From NCBI RefSeq assembly GCF_006345805.1, contig NW_021835973.1, forward strand, positions 1 to 64,000: a stretch of DNA of 64,000 nucleotides, in the 5' to 3' direction. The notes below the pieces were generated by a model. It did not search any database. It was not told the origin of the DNA and saw only the letters and a program-made list of their open reading frames with translations. Positions 1-12,974 of the stretch are shown here, in pieces. The position numbers and the translations under genes were made by a program. Origin of the DNA: Octopus sinensis. Its lineage: Eukaryota. Numbering within the stretch: the first letter of the stretch is position 1; each line of letters opens with the position of its first letter.

Positions 1-377
1 GGCAAAAAACAAAAAAAAACTACCGTCTAGTATTGTTATTACTTATATCTCCTTTAGAGATTTAGAATTAGCTATTTTGCTCGTTATGAGTTCACAATTG
101 TCTGAATAATTGGTGCAATCCGCAAGGATTATATGGTAAAATGAAGGAATATACGGCTGGTCCATTTAAGCCGTTCTTTGTAGAAATTTCTAAGAAGTAC
201 CCTCCTCTCTACACCTCCCACAACCTTTGTGCTCTGATGACACTACTAGAAAGAATGGGACTAATGCATCGGGAGCAACATGCGCTACCTTTACCTCTGA
301 ACAAAGAACACTTCAGTCAGTTGCTGAAATACCGCAACCACAATATTCTGTACCTATATGATCCACAAACTGTAATA

Positions 378-612
378 CCTATTTCTTTACTAGCCATAAG
401 GGGCTAAACACAGAGGGGACGAACAAGGACAGACAAACGGATTAAGTCGATTATATCGACCCCAGTGCGTAACAGGTACTTAATTTATCGACCCCGAAAG
501 TATGAAAGACAAAGTCGACCTCAGCGGAATTTGAACTCAGAACATAGCGGTAGACGATATATCGCTAAGCATTTCGCCCGGCGTGCTAACGTTTCTGCCA
601 GCTCACCGCCTT
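378..612 (-). mobile_element. tRNA-derived SINE family A, full length, 17-bp target-site duplication
   Basis: Head ggcggtgagctggcagaaacgttagcacg, B-box-like gagttcaaattcc, body gtcgactttgtctttcatactttcggggtcgataaattaagtacc. TSD atccacaaactgtaata at 361-377 and 616-632. Confidence 0.85.
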
Positions 613-1448
613 AATATCCACAAACTGTAATATCGGATACCTATGGATCAAGGAGACAATCCCCTTCACTAAATGAAGCCACCGCGTGTCAGAACGAAAC
701 ACAGACACGGGGATTGGACCGACTAACACGTTTAGTTCAGTAAAGCTATTCAGTTAATGGTGTAGCCAGAATGTACTGAGGTTATTTAAAAGGAAATATA
801 TTTCCTTTTAAATAACACCAGAGATTAGCATAGATATTGAAATACAGTTATGAGTGTCTTGTTTCGATTATAGAAATTCTGAAATCGGAAGAATTACGTT
901 CAGACGATGAATCTGAAGGAATATAAGAATTATAACAATACATTGATTACTTATTGAGTGTTTCCTATACAGATTAACAGTCACAATCGATTCTACATTT
1001 TGGTTTTGTTATGGTTGTTTTGTTTGTTTGTTTGTTTTTACATTTATTTAATTTTTTTGTTCTTGCTCTTTTGTTTGTTTTTGCGAAAAGAATTCATGTC
1101 TCTCATTAAGCATATATTTTGTTAAAACTTTCCACAGAACATTCTCGTTGTTAAGCTTGTGTATGTACCCGTGTGCAAGTGTATGTATGTATACACATAC
1201 ATACATATATATATGTATGTGAATATATGTATATACATACATATATATGTGTATATGTACACATGTATATATATGTACATATATATATATACATATATAC
1301 ATACATACATATAACATAGGTATAAATACATACTTATAAATATGTACACACACAAACACACACACAAACACACATATATATACATCTCTTTCTCTGTATA
1401 TGTATATATATATATGTAAATATATTAATATTTATATAGATATGAACA

Positions 1449-1496
<48 letters not shown>

Positions 1497-1749
1497 GTAA
1501 ATTGTTTGAATGTATGATTGTCTTGTATTCAGAAACAAAGCGAACAGAACACCCACGAAACCATGAATAAAATTATTCGCCAGTTCAGGGCGAAGAATTT
1601 TGCTTAACGTATTCTGAGAAATATCAGGCAAATCTCTTTCAAACCAAATCCGACAATCTGTTAGGAAGAGAAATACAGAAAGATAGAAAGCTGATCCTGA
1701 ACGATGGTGTCAGTCAGTCTTTCTCTCTCTTTCCTTATCTCCCACCTCT

Positions 1750-1816
<67 letters not shown>

Positions 1817-2165
1817 GAATAGTAGACTAGAAAGATAATGAATGAAACACATATGGAATGAGAGACAGAGAGAGATGGTGATGAAGACGGCTGTGCGTTT
1901 GTGTTTCGTCAAACTCTTGTTTTTGTTCCGCGTTCAGTTTCTCTTCAATCCTTATGATCTCTCTCTCTCGCCCTCTGCTTCTCCTTAAACGTCTTTTTTC
2001 TTTTTCCAGTATGTCAACAAGAGAGAGAGAGAGAGAAGTGTCATGATGATGATAACAGCGATTTGAAAACTGGATCAAAAGAGACACCTTAATCTATTGC
2101 AACGTTATCTTGTATTAGGCGAACACAGGTTTCCCCCAATACTTTAAACTGCGTGTGTGTGTATA

Positions 2166-2563
2166 CTCTTTTACTTGTTTCAGTCATTTGACTGCGGCCA
2201 TGCTGGAGCACCGCCTTTAGTCGAGCAAATCGACCCCGGGACTTATTCTTTGTAAGCCCAGTACTTATTCTATCGGTCTCTTTTGCCGAACCGCTAAGTG
2301 ACGGGGACGTAAACACACCAGCATCGGTTGTCAAGCAATGCTAGGGGGACACACAGACACACAAACATACACACACATACATATATATATACATATATAC
2401 GACAGGCTTCTTTCAGTTTCCGTCTACCAAATCCACTCACAAGGCATTGGTCGGCCCGGGGCTATAGCAGAAGACACTTGCCCAAGATGCCACGCAGTGG
2501 GACTGAACCCGGAACCATGTGGTTGGTTAGCAAGCTACTCACCACACAGCCACTCCTACGCCT
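2166..2563 (-). mobile_element. tRNA-derived SINE family B (other copies about 5275-5765+, 26764-27131-, 40193-40561-, 41150-41455+, 49700-50100-, 56436-56820-, 59792-60175-)
   Basis: Recurrent ~390-bp unit: head ggagtggctgtgtggtaagtagcttgc...ggttcagtcccactgcgtgg, internal (TA/CA)n, tail gcagtcaaatgactgaaacaagtaaaagag. Confidence 0.85.
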
Positions 2564-3370
2564 GTATCGATAAACATAACGTATGCGTATGTATGCATAC
2601 GTTATGTTTATCGATACGCACCCAAGAATGAATTTCGTGTATTGGTTGCCAGTTTCCTGATCATTTTATTTGAAGTACTCCAAGGATGTTTTATTCATCC
2701 ATCTAATTAATCTATTGATATATGTATGGGTATGGTTAACTGAAACAGAAAAACAATCACACAAGAAGACACGTTTTATTGTAAACAACTTCTTCAGTGA
2801 CCTTCTCAGAAATCCCACAATGAATTTCCTTCTGGTCGGTTTGTTACATGGATATCACCTCCAGACACTGATCTCTATTAGACTTCGATGTATTGGTAAA
2901 TATTATTTGCTAGTTGACTTAAGTCTTTTAATTTGGACGGTGAAAGTTGTGATGTCGCTTTGGTGTAGAGGCTAGCACGGCTGCAAGGGTTACAGCACAC
3001 GATATTATTATTGATAATTTTAAACGGCAAATTTTCGAAGTAACGCTGGCATTATTTTATTTGCTGCCGACAAAAAAATGCGCTTGCGCGGTAGATTTGA
3101 AAAATTATAACATATAAGCACGGGGCACATGCTGGATTGCCTCGTATTTATACGCTTAATCTGGGCGTACCTGTTGATGAAGACTTCTACTAGAAAATTA
3201 TTTTATTTGCTAATATAGAGTCAGAAACCATAGTCCAGGAGATAGATGGTAAATGTTTTTATTTTTCATTCCCTTCGAAGTTTATCCCTAACTGTGGTTT
3301 GGATTTTGACTATTCCTTCTAGCGTACGAGGTATGCCATGATGGATACCTCTCATGTGTTTAAATGTACA

Positions 3371-3416
<46 letters not shown>

Positions 3417-3498
3417 CAACATATATATATGTTGTATATATACATGTATACATATATGTGTATATATATATGTATACATATATACATATATATATATG

Positions 3499-3533
<35 letters not shown>

Positions 3534-3584
3534 ATGTGTGTGTGTATGTGTGAATATATATACATATATATATGTAAGCATTTC

Positions 3585-3975
3585 TGTTGGCGATCGTATC
3601 TCGACCAACATGTGTCCCCTCTACCGAAACGGTAATTATTTCTACGCCAGCTGCTATGTTGTTGTTGTTTTTGTCTCATTTGGTCTAAAGTCGTAAGACA
3701 ACCATCGTTATATTTTGTTTATCCATTACTGTTTTCAATTTCGTTTTCGTCTCTGTATTTACATCCGTCTCGTGCGTTCACATTCCTGTCTTCTACCAAG
3801 AAATCTAATGCTTACAGCTTAGTTTTTTTCTTGGGGCTGGCCGAGTGGAGCAAATATCAGAATTGAACAGCCGAAATTTGCTATGATGATTCGGTGTCTG
3901 ACTGAAGATTGAAGGCTTCGAATGATTTGTCTGTGTTCCGTGTTCGTCCCTTCCTGTATTTCACGTTCTTTATAT
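3585..3975 (+). mobile_element. Penelope-like element 3'/pLTR-type fragment next to (TA)n; related inverted copy about 8095-8280
   Basis: Shared aatctaatgc...ggggctggcc...gagcaa...cagccgaaatt...gactgaagatt block between the two loci. The PLE assignment is inference. Confidence 0.45.
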
Positions 3976-4037
3976 ATAAAAACATTTATTCTTATATATA
4001 TATATATCTACATATATGTGTGTATGTGTATATATAC

Positions 4038-4071
<34 letters not shown>

Positions 4072-4492
4072 ATGTAGTCATACACATGCATACTGGAGTC
4101 GATTGATTCGACTAAAATTCTTCAAGTCAGTGCTCCAGCATGGCCGCACTCTCATGATTGAAACAAGTAAAAAATTATATATATATAAACAGCACCAACA
4201 TTGCTAGAAATAAGAGTCAAAACACACGTGCATGCACACACACACACACACACCACACACACACACATGTTTATATTCCGTTGCATATATATTGTAATTA
4301 ACGCGATATACTATTCTGAGCTTTAACGTATTTGGCTGTTTGTTGCGCTGAAGCATCACATCATAAAGTTGTGTATGCGTGTGTGCCTTTTTGTATGTGT
4401 ATGCATATGTTTGTGTATGTGTGTGTGTGTATGTTTTGTATGTGTGCGTGTGAATGTATGTGTCTTTGAATGTGCGTTTAATAGGGAAAGGT

Positions 4493-5035
4493 GGAGGTGC
4501 AATGGCCCAGTGGCTAGGCCAGCGGACTCGCGATTGGAGGATCGCGGTTTCCATTCCCTGACCGGGCGTTGTGTGTGTTTATTGAGCAAAAGTAACTAAA
4601 ATTTCCACGAGGCTCCGGCAGGGTGTGGTGGCGACCCCTGTTGTATTTTTTAAGTGGAGGCGCAATGGCCCAGTGGTTAGGGCAGCGGACTCGCGGTCAT
4701 AGGATCGCGGTTTCGATTCCCAGGCCGGGTGTTGTGGGTGTTTATTGAGCGAAAACACCTAAAGCTCCACGAGGCTCCGGCAGGGATGGTGGTGATCCCT
4801 GCTGTACTCTTTCACCACAACTTTCTCTCACTCTTACTTCCTGTTTTTGTTGTACCTGTATTTCAAAGGGCCGGCCTTGTCACTCTCTGTGTCACGCTGA
4901 ATATCCCCGAGAACTACGTTAAGGGTACACGTGTCTGTGGAGTGCTCAGCCACTTACACGTTAATTTCACGAGCAGGCTGTTCCGTTGATTCGGATCAAC
5001 CGGAACCCTCGTCGTCGTAACCGACGGAGTGCTTC
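4493..5035 (+). mobile_element. tRNA-derived SINE family C: partial copy (4493-4645) directly followed by a full copy (4656-5035); relatives about 11095-11415+, 19550-19805-, 42140-42440-, 53950-54210-
   Basis: A-box tggcccagtggttagg, B-box ggtttcgattccc; shared 3' body gtgtcacgctgaat...gagaactac...aagggtacacgtgtctgtggagtgctcagccac. Confidence 0.8.
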
Positions 5036-5468
5036 CTCCTCCTAATAGGAAAAGGGGTTTTACGACTCCCACAGATAATAAATAACACTTGGATTCATAA
5101 CGAGAAGAAAACGATGGAAAGAAGTAATTCGTTGGAGACACGACGCGGTGCTCCCCGATGGTGGCGGTAGGGAGGCACAAAACTTCCGATGTTCGCTTAC
5201 TTTATTTAACTGTACTCTGTACACCTGTACTCGAATAGAAGACTGATATTTTCATTCACTTGATATTTTGAATTAAGGCTGTGTGGTAAGGAGCTTGCTT
5301 CTTAACCCCCTTGGATCTGGGTTCGGTTCCACTGCGTGGCACCTTGGGCAAGTGAATTCTACTGTAGCATCGAGTCGAGCTTTGCGAGTGGATTTGGTAG
5401 ACGGAAACTGAAAGAAGCCCGTCGTATGCATATCTAAGTGTATGTGCGTGCGTGCGCGTGTGTGTAAG

Positions 5469-5502
<34 letters not shown>

Positions 5503-6029
5503 TGTATGTATGTATGTATGTATGTATGTATGTATGTGTGTGTGTATATATGTATGTGTGTGTGTGTGTGTGTTTATGTGCGTGTGTTGACATCCAGCGT
5601 TGGCGTATTTACGTCCTGTAACTTAGCGGTTCGGCAAAAGGGAGCGATAGAATAAATACTAGGCTTTAAAAAGAGATTAAGTACTAAGGTCGATCCATTC
5701 GACAAAAAATTCTTCAATGCGGTGCCCCAGCATGGCCGCAATCAAATGACTGAAACAAGGAAAAGAAAACACCACGCCATTATCTTCTGCGTGATACACG
5801 TAGACAGCGTGTTGAGAACCAGCATGTGCGGTCCAATCATGACTCTTCATATTGAAGACCACCCTGGGGTTAAACAACAATATAATGCACAAAGAGATAA
5901 ATGAGATATGATCATCAGGTGGTAAACAATATCATATCGTCAGGTGATAATATAATTATCGTCACTGAAAAACAATATTTTAATTGGCTGTAAATTTTAG
6001 CACAAGACCATCAAGTTCAGAGAACTCCA

Positions 6030-6554
6030 GTGTTCAACTGGTACTTATTTTACCGACTCCGAAAGGACGAAAGGCAAAGTCGGGCTCAGCGGAATTTGAA
6101 GTCAGAGCGTACAGTCGGACGAAATACCGTTAAGCATTATTTCTTTACTACTCACAAGGGGCTAAACACAAAGAGGACAAACAAGGACAGACATAGGTAT
6201 TAAGTCGATTACATCGACCCCAGTCCGTAACTGGTACTTAATTTATCAAACCCGAAAGGATGAAAGGCAAAGTCGATCTCGGCAGAATTTGAACTCAGAA
6301 CGTAGCGGCAGACGAAATACCTATTTCTTTACTGCCCACAAGGGGCTAAACACAGAGGGGACAAACAAGGACAGACATAGGTATTAAGTCGATTACATCG
6401 ACCCCAGTGCGTAACTGGTACTTAATTTATCGACCCCGAAAGGATGAAAGGCAAAGTCGATCTCGGCGGAATTTGAACTCAGAACGTAACGGCAGACGAA
6501 ATACCGCCAAGCATTTCGCCCGGCGTGCTAACGGTTCTGCCAGCTCGCCACCTT
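6030..6554 (-). mobile_element. SINE family A tandem multimer (also 10285-10735-, 50520-50902-, 57287-57850+, 59115-59513-)
   Basis: ~185-bp SINE body repeated head-to-tail with the junction gacgaaatac|ctatttctttact. Confidence 0.85.
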
Positions 6555-6982
6555 GATGCAGTGATCAGGACTAATCTGGAGCTACAGAACCACAACAACA
6601 TGATGCTGCAAACAGATAAGTGAGATACGATCAGCGGGCGGTAAACAATTGCGCATCGTCAGGTGACAAACAATGTAATAATGTCACTGGAAAACAATAT
6701 TTTATATTGCAATAATAATTGGCATCAAGCTGGTGATAATGGATCGAGGTGTTGATTGGCGCCTGTTGACTGCCAATTAGACAAATGAAAGGAAGTGGAT
6801 GCAAGGGAAGATGCGGAAGATGTGCGGAACAGGAGAAGATGTGGAGGTTATTGTGAATGTCTTCATTGTTTCCAAGTAAGTTTATCGGGTTCCAGAGTGA
6901 TTTGTCTTATTTTAAAATGGAATCCAGAGGGACTCGAAGAAGAGAAACACTGGTTAATGATGCAGAGTTCAGGTTCCTTGCA

Positions 6983-7101
6983 ACAACAATAACAACAACA
7001 ACAACAACAACAAACAACGACAATGACTACGATGAGGGCGATGACAGCGGCGGCAGAGGCGGTGGCGATAACGACTGCGCTGTTGTTGTTGTTGGTGGTG
7101 G

Positions 7102-7132
<31 letters not shown>

Positions 7133-7305
7133 GATGTTGTTGTTGTTGGTGGTGGTGTTGTTGTTGTTGTTGTGGTGGTGGTGGTGGTGGTGATGTTGTT
7201 GTTGTTGTTGGTGATGGTGGTGGTGATGTTGTTGTTGTTGTTGGTGGTGGTGGTGTTGTTGTTGTTGGTGGTGGTGTTGTTGTTGTTGTTGTTGTGGTGG
7301 TGGTG

Positions 7306-7337
<32 letters not shown>

Positions 7338-7430
7338 GTTGTGTGTTGTTGGTGGTGGTGTTGTTGTTGTTGTTGTTGGTGGTGGTGTTGTTGTTGTTGT
7401 TGGTGGTGGTGGTGTTGTTGTTGTTGGTGG

Positions 7431-7461
<31 letters not shown>

Positions 7462-7663
7462 GGTGATGTTGTTGTTGGTGGTGGTGTTGTTGTTGTTGTT
7501 GTTGGTGGTGGTGTTGTTGTTGTTGTTGGTGGTGGTGGTGATGTTGGTGGTGGTGGTGGTGATGTTGTTGTTGTTGGTGGTGGTGGTGATGTTGTTGTGT
7601 TGGTGGTGGTGGTGGTGGTGATGTTGTTGGTGGTGGTGGTGGTGATGTTGTTGTTGTTGTTGT
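6983..7663. repeat. Compound (CAA)n then (GTT/GGT)n trinucleotide array
   Basis: Direct reading; gives poly-V/L/Q/H/T/P ORFs in several frames. Confidence 0.95.
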
Positions 7664-7982
7664 AGAAGGTATGTTCTATCCAGCTTAGACATGGTGGAGA
7701 TATTTGATCCAAACGAAACCATAATTGTGTTGCCATGGAAACAGAACCGTGATGGCGATGAGATGTCAATCACGGACCATATGGTCAGTAAGTCGATAGC
7801 TTAATGACTATTCGTGGCACGAGTGTCCTCTACATTTGTATGTGTGTGTGTGTGTGTGTGTGCATGTGTGTGTGGGTGGATTTACACGCGCGTGCGTGTG
7901 TTCATGACCGACTGAACAGCTGCGTGAGTCTTTCGCGCGAGGAAACCATTAGTAGTGGTTAGTGATGGTTTTCCAGCCGATT

Positions 7983-8013
<31 letters not shown>

Positions 8014-8064
8014 TACATACATACATACATACATACATATGTATATATATATATATAATATATA

Positions 8065-8095
<31 letters not shown>

Positions 8096-8287
8096 ATGTA
8101 AAAAATACAAACTGGGACAAGAACGCAAAACATTTAGAAGACGATACAAAAAAATCTTCAGTCAAGAACCGGATCATCCTCGCAATTTCGGCTGATTAAT
8201 CTTGAGATTGCTCCGACCAGGCCAGCCCCAAAGGAAAATCTAAGCCAAGCGCATTAGATTCCTTGGAAGAAAGCCTCGATATATATA

Positions 8288-8350
<63 letters not shown>

Positions 8351-8843
8351 GTTAATCCAAACATGAAAACACAAAGAGAAAACACAACAACGCGAGGACG
8401 TGGAACAAGTATAGTATTATTGGACGCTCAGGAAAGGAAAGAAAGAAGGACTTAATGTTTCGAGCAGAGCTGTTCGTCAGAAACTTAGTAATACCTATTT
8501 CTTTACTACCCACAAGGGGCTAAACACAGAGAGGACAAACAAGGACAGACAAACGGATTAAGTCGATTATATCGACCCCAGTGCGTAACTGGTGCTTATT
8601 TAATCGACCCCGAAAGGATGAAAGGCAAAGTCGACTTCGGCGGAAATTGAACTCAGAACGTAGCGGCAGACGAAATACTGCTAAGCATTTCGCCCGGCGT
8701 GCTTACGTTTCTGCCAGCTCGCCGCCTTCTCTTTCTCTTTACTCTCTTCTACACGAACACCGGCTGAGTCTTCATCTGGGAACCAACCCATGAGAGGATG
8801 ACCCTGGGTATCTTTCAAAAACTTTGGGTCAATAATCTTGCAC

Positions 8844-8878
<35 letters not shown>

Positions 8879-9038
8879 CTGTGTGTTTGTGTATACGTAT
8901 GTGTGTGTGTGTGTGTGTGTGTGGTGGGGAGTATTGTCTGATGCGTCTGCTGATGACATTATTGTTGGTGAGGATGAAACAGGATACGTGGAGCATCCAT
9001 CGTCAGGTCCAGTGCAAGTGCAAAATGTAATAAATACC

Positions 9039-9478
9039 TGATGATGATGATGACAATGACGACGACAATGATGATGTTGACGATGACGATGATGATGATG
9101 GTGGTGGTGGTGGTGTGATGCCGATGATGAGGCTGATAATGATAATGACGACGACAAAGGTGATGATAATGACGATGATGATGATGGTGAAGACGATGAT
9201 GATAGGGATTATGATGATGATGATGGTGGTGGTGATGATGAAGATGATGACGACAAAGGTGATGATAATGACGATGATGCTAGTGATGATGATGATGGTG
9301 GTGATGATGATGATGATGATGATGACGATGATGATGATGCTGAAGACGATAATGATAGTGATGATGATGATGACGACGGCGACGACAACGGCGGTGACGA
9401 TTATGACGATTACGATGACGACGATGATGATGATGATGATGATGACGATGACGATGATGATGATAATGATAACGATTA
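9039..9478. repeat. Degenerate (GAT/GAC/GGT)n trinucleotide array
   Basis: Direct reading. Confidence 0.95.
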
Positions 9479-10054
9479 CTTTTTTACAGCACACACACAA
9501 CACACAAACCTATTTCTTATCTGTTTTTCTTTTTCTTTTTTTTTTCATGTAAACTTGTAAACTTCATTGAACTTATTGTCGGTAGCGACAATCACTGATT
9601 TATTGAACTCTATTATTTGAATTTTATCGATCTTAAAGGAAATCAATCATACTTGACTGGAAAATAAAAGAAAAAGAAACAATATTAGTCAGCAATTAAT
9701 ATTTATTTCTCTCACCATATTGTTTTTTCTTTTGGTTTTAAATGTTTTTATACTAAATATAAATCTGATCATCTGTCATACCTATCGATGATCGATCTCT
9801 GTCTACCTGCGTGTCTGCTTGTCTATTTGTCCCTCGATCTAATAATATGCGTGTATCAGTGTGTTTGTGTGTGTGTGTCTAATGATGTGTACGTTTATTC
9901 TTCACACGAAACTTAACACAATAGAATGTAAATGACATTCGCTGCGGGAGAACAAATTTGTTCCTATGCACCTTGTGTGAAAATACATACCAAGCTCCAA
10001 ACGACGTCAGCGGACTACTACTATGCCTGGCTTTTCGACTATATTCTGTCCCTT

Positions 10055-10124
<70 letters not shown>

Positions 10125-11599
10125 CTGAGTTGTCTGTGTATGGCAGGTTTGGTAGCCTTCAACTAACACCATCCCCTCCGAGACGCTGCGGCGCAAGTTG
10201 ACCAAAATTGAGAGTATGATAGAAGGAGGCTTGCTCTTCCTTCCGTGGAAGAAAAAATTCAAATCGGACCAGGTTAAGACCAAAAATTTGAACTCAGAAC
10301 GTAGCGGCAGACGAAATACCTATTTCTTTACTACCCACAAGGGGCTAAACACAGAGAGGACAAACAAGGACAGACAAACGGATTAAGTCGATTACATCGA
10401 CCATAGTGCGTAACTGGTACTTATTTAATCGACCCCGAAAGGATGAAAGGCAAAGTCGACCTCGGCGGAATTTGAACTCAGAACGTAAAGACAGACGAAA
10501 TATCTATTTCTTTATTACCCACAAGGGGCTAAACACAGAGAGGACAAACAAGGACAGACATAGGTATTAAGTCGATTACATCGACCCCAGTGCGTAACTG
10601 GTACTTATTTATCGACCCCAAAAGGATGAAAAGCAAAGTCGACCTCGGCGGGATTTGAACTCAGAACGTAACGGCAGATGAAATACGGCTACGCATCTCG
10701 CCCGGCGTGCTAACGTTTCTTCCAGCTCGCCGCCCTCACTTATACAACATATTTCAATTCCTTTAACATGCAAACAAACAACTCAAACCTGCCGATACAA
10801 GTCATTCGTTAATGAGCATTTCTATAAAAACAGTTTGAATCTCACCTCGAGTTTCCTATATTATTTTTTTTCTTTGTCGTAAGGAAAATGTTTTAATAAT
10901 TAATAAAACATGTCGATTATAATCCCCGACGGGAATGACACGAAAGGACGGTCAACATAATTATTGTTTACAAGGGTTATGTAAGTTAAAAGACGTAGCA
11001 GATGTAAATACATAGGAATAATACGTATAAGTAGATTACGATTAAGTAAGCGGATAACTAAAATTAAACGAATGAACGTTGTTGCTGGTATGATCGTCGT
11101 GGCTTAGTGGTTAAAGTGTTCGACTCACGATCGTAAAGTCGTGAGTTCGATTCTCTGCAGCGCGTTACGTCCTTGAGCAAAACACTTTATTTCACGTTGC
11201 ACCAGTCCGCTCGGCTGACAAATGTGAGCTGTACCTGTAATTCAAACGGTCAGTCTTGTCACATTCCGTGTCACGCTGAATCTTCCTGAGAACTACATTA
11301 AGGGTTACACGTGTCTGTGGAGTGCTCAGCCACTTGCACGTTAATATCACGAGCAGGCTGTTCCGTTCATCGGATCAATTTGGAACCCGCGTCGTCGTAA
11401 CCGACGGAATACCAGAGATAATAATAATAATGAATTCAAATTTTTGCAGCGAGCTGGCAGAATCGTTAGCACGGCGGGCCAAATGCTTCGCGGTATTTCG
11501 TCTGCCGCTACGTTCTAAGTTCAAATTCCGCCGAGTTCGACTTTGCCTTTCATCCTTTCGGGAATCAATGAAATAAATCAATGAAATAAATCGATGAAA

Positions 11600-12225
11600 T
11601 CCAAATCCTTTGTGAGCCGCTCTCCGGCTATCTATCTGCGGCTTTATATAGCTATGGTAAGACCTCACCTGGAATTTGCATCACCGGTCTGGAACCCCTA
11701 TCTTGCCCAGGACATCAATCGTCTGGAAGCTGTTCAGCGACGTGCAACCAAAAGAATACCCTCCATCAGGCATTTGCCATATCCTGAACGCCTTACTTCC
11801 CTGGGCATAGACACATTGAAACTCCGACGTCTGGCAGACACCCATAAAATTATCAACCATCGCACAAACAATAACACTGAGCACCTCTTCAAACTCCACC
11901 CATCTAACACCCGTGGACATATTTACAAAGTAAGAAAACAGTACAGCTCCAATGACTTCAGGAAACATTTTTTCACGCTGAGAGTTGCTGAAGCGTGGAA
12001 CAAACTGCCGGCATCGGTTGTTAGTTGTCGGAGCACTGCTTCCTTCAAGACTTCCATGCTTCCTGAGATTCGCCAACACTACACCTGATTTTCTCCCCTC
12101 CATACACACACAAGCATGTTCACTTTCCAGACATTTCTACATTACTGCATGTACTTTATATGCACTTTCTGACAAGTTGTGGTGCACCTGAGCACTGTAT
12201 ACAATAATTTCATTATTATATTATT
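11600..12225 (+). mobile_element. CR1/L2-group LINE 3' fragment (RT C-terminus plus 3' UTR)
   Basis: ORF ...LYIAMVRPHLEFASPVWNPYLAQDINRLEAVQRRATKRIP...RKHFFTLRVAEAWNKLP. 3' end gtggtgcacctgagcactgtatacaataatttcattatt, repeated near 35975-36010. Confidence 0.9.
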
Positions 12226-12576
12226 ATAAGTACCAGCTGAGCACTGGGGTCGATAAAATCGACTAGCCCCCTCCTCCAAATGTCAGGCCTTGTGCCTATA
12301 GTAGAAAGGATTATTAAATTACCAGTCCCAAAGAGAGAGTGGTGGTGGTGGGGGACAGACAGAGAACATTATAAAATAGTCTTCAAAAAGCCTTCCAAAG
12401 ATGGAAGTTCCAATTTATTTTGAAAGATCCACCAACTATAAATAAGTCATTTTCATTCATCACTATAAAACATTTAACTGCTGTCTGTTCTTCTCTTTTC
12501 TAGTATTTATAGTTTTAAATACCAGTCTCAGTCTGACATAGCTTATCACCTTTACATGGAAGTGTAAATAAATAAA

Positions 12577-12974
12577 TCTATATATATAAATCTGAAGTTG
12601 TCTGTGTGTGTATGTGGTAGGTTTGGTAGACTTCAACTAACACTATCTGCTCCAAGACTCTGTGGTACAAGTTGACCAAAATTGAGAGCACGATAGAAGA
12701 AGGCTTGCCCTTCATTCCGTAGAAGATAAAATTCAAATCGGACCATGTTAACACCAAAAATTATTTACATCAAAAAGGTGCTTTTTTTCCTATGAAAATC
12801 CCTATTTTTTACGATTTTTTTTACTGCTGTGTAACCATTTTTCGGTGTATTTCAACCAGAAAAATGTTCACTTAAAGAGAATAACAAGCTACATAATGCA
12901 AAAATTTTACTTTTCAAAAATTCCAATTCTAAAGAGTCGAATCAAACCCGAGCAACGCCGGGCGATACTACTAG
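12577..12974 (+). mobile_element. Non-autonomous Helitron-like element (5'-part copy at 10124-10288)
   Basis: A|TC start (TCTATATATATAAA), subterminal hairpin cccgagcaacgccggg, CTAG|T end, no TSD. Confidence 0.75.

Noticed and set aside
141-407. 88-aa ORF
   Set aside because: No recognisable homology; its 3' end runs into a SINE
4656-4730. tRNA-like sequences
   Set aside because: They are SINE heads with A/B boxes running into SINE bodies, with no complete cloverleaf
6857-7773. Mucin-like poly-P/T and poly-Q/H ORFs
   Set aside because: Trinucleotide array open in several frames; no non-repetitive domain
9003-9552. Poly-Met/poly-Ile ORFs (superficially reflectin-like Met richness)
   Set aside because: (GAT)n translation; lacks the Tyr/Arg/Trp reflectin motifs
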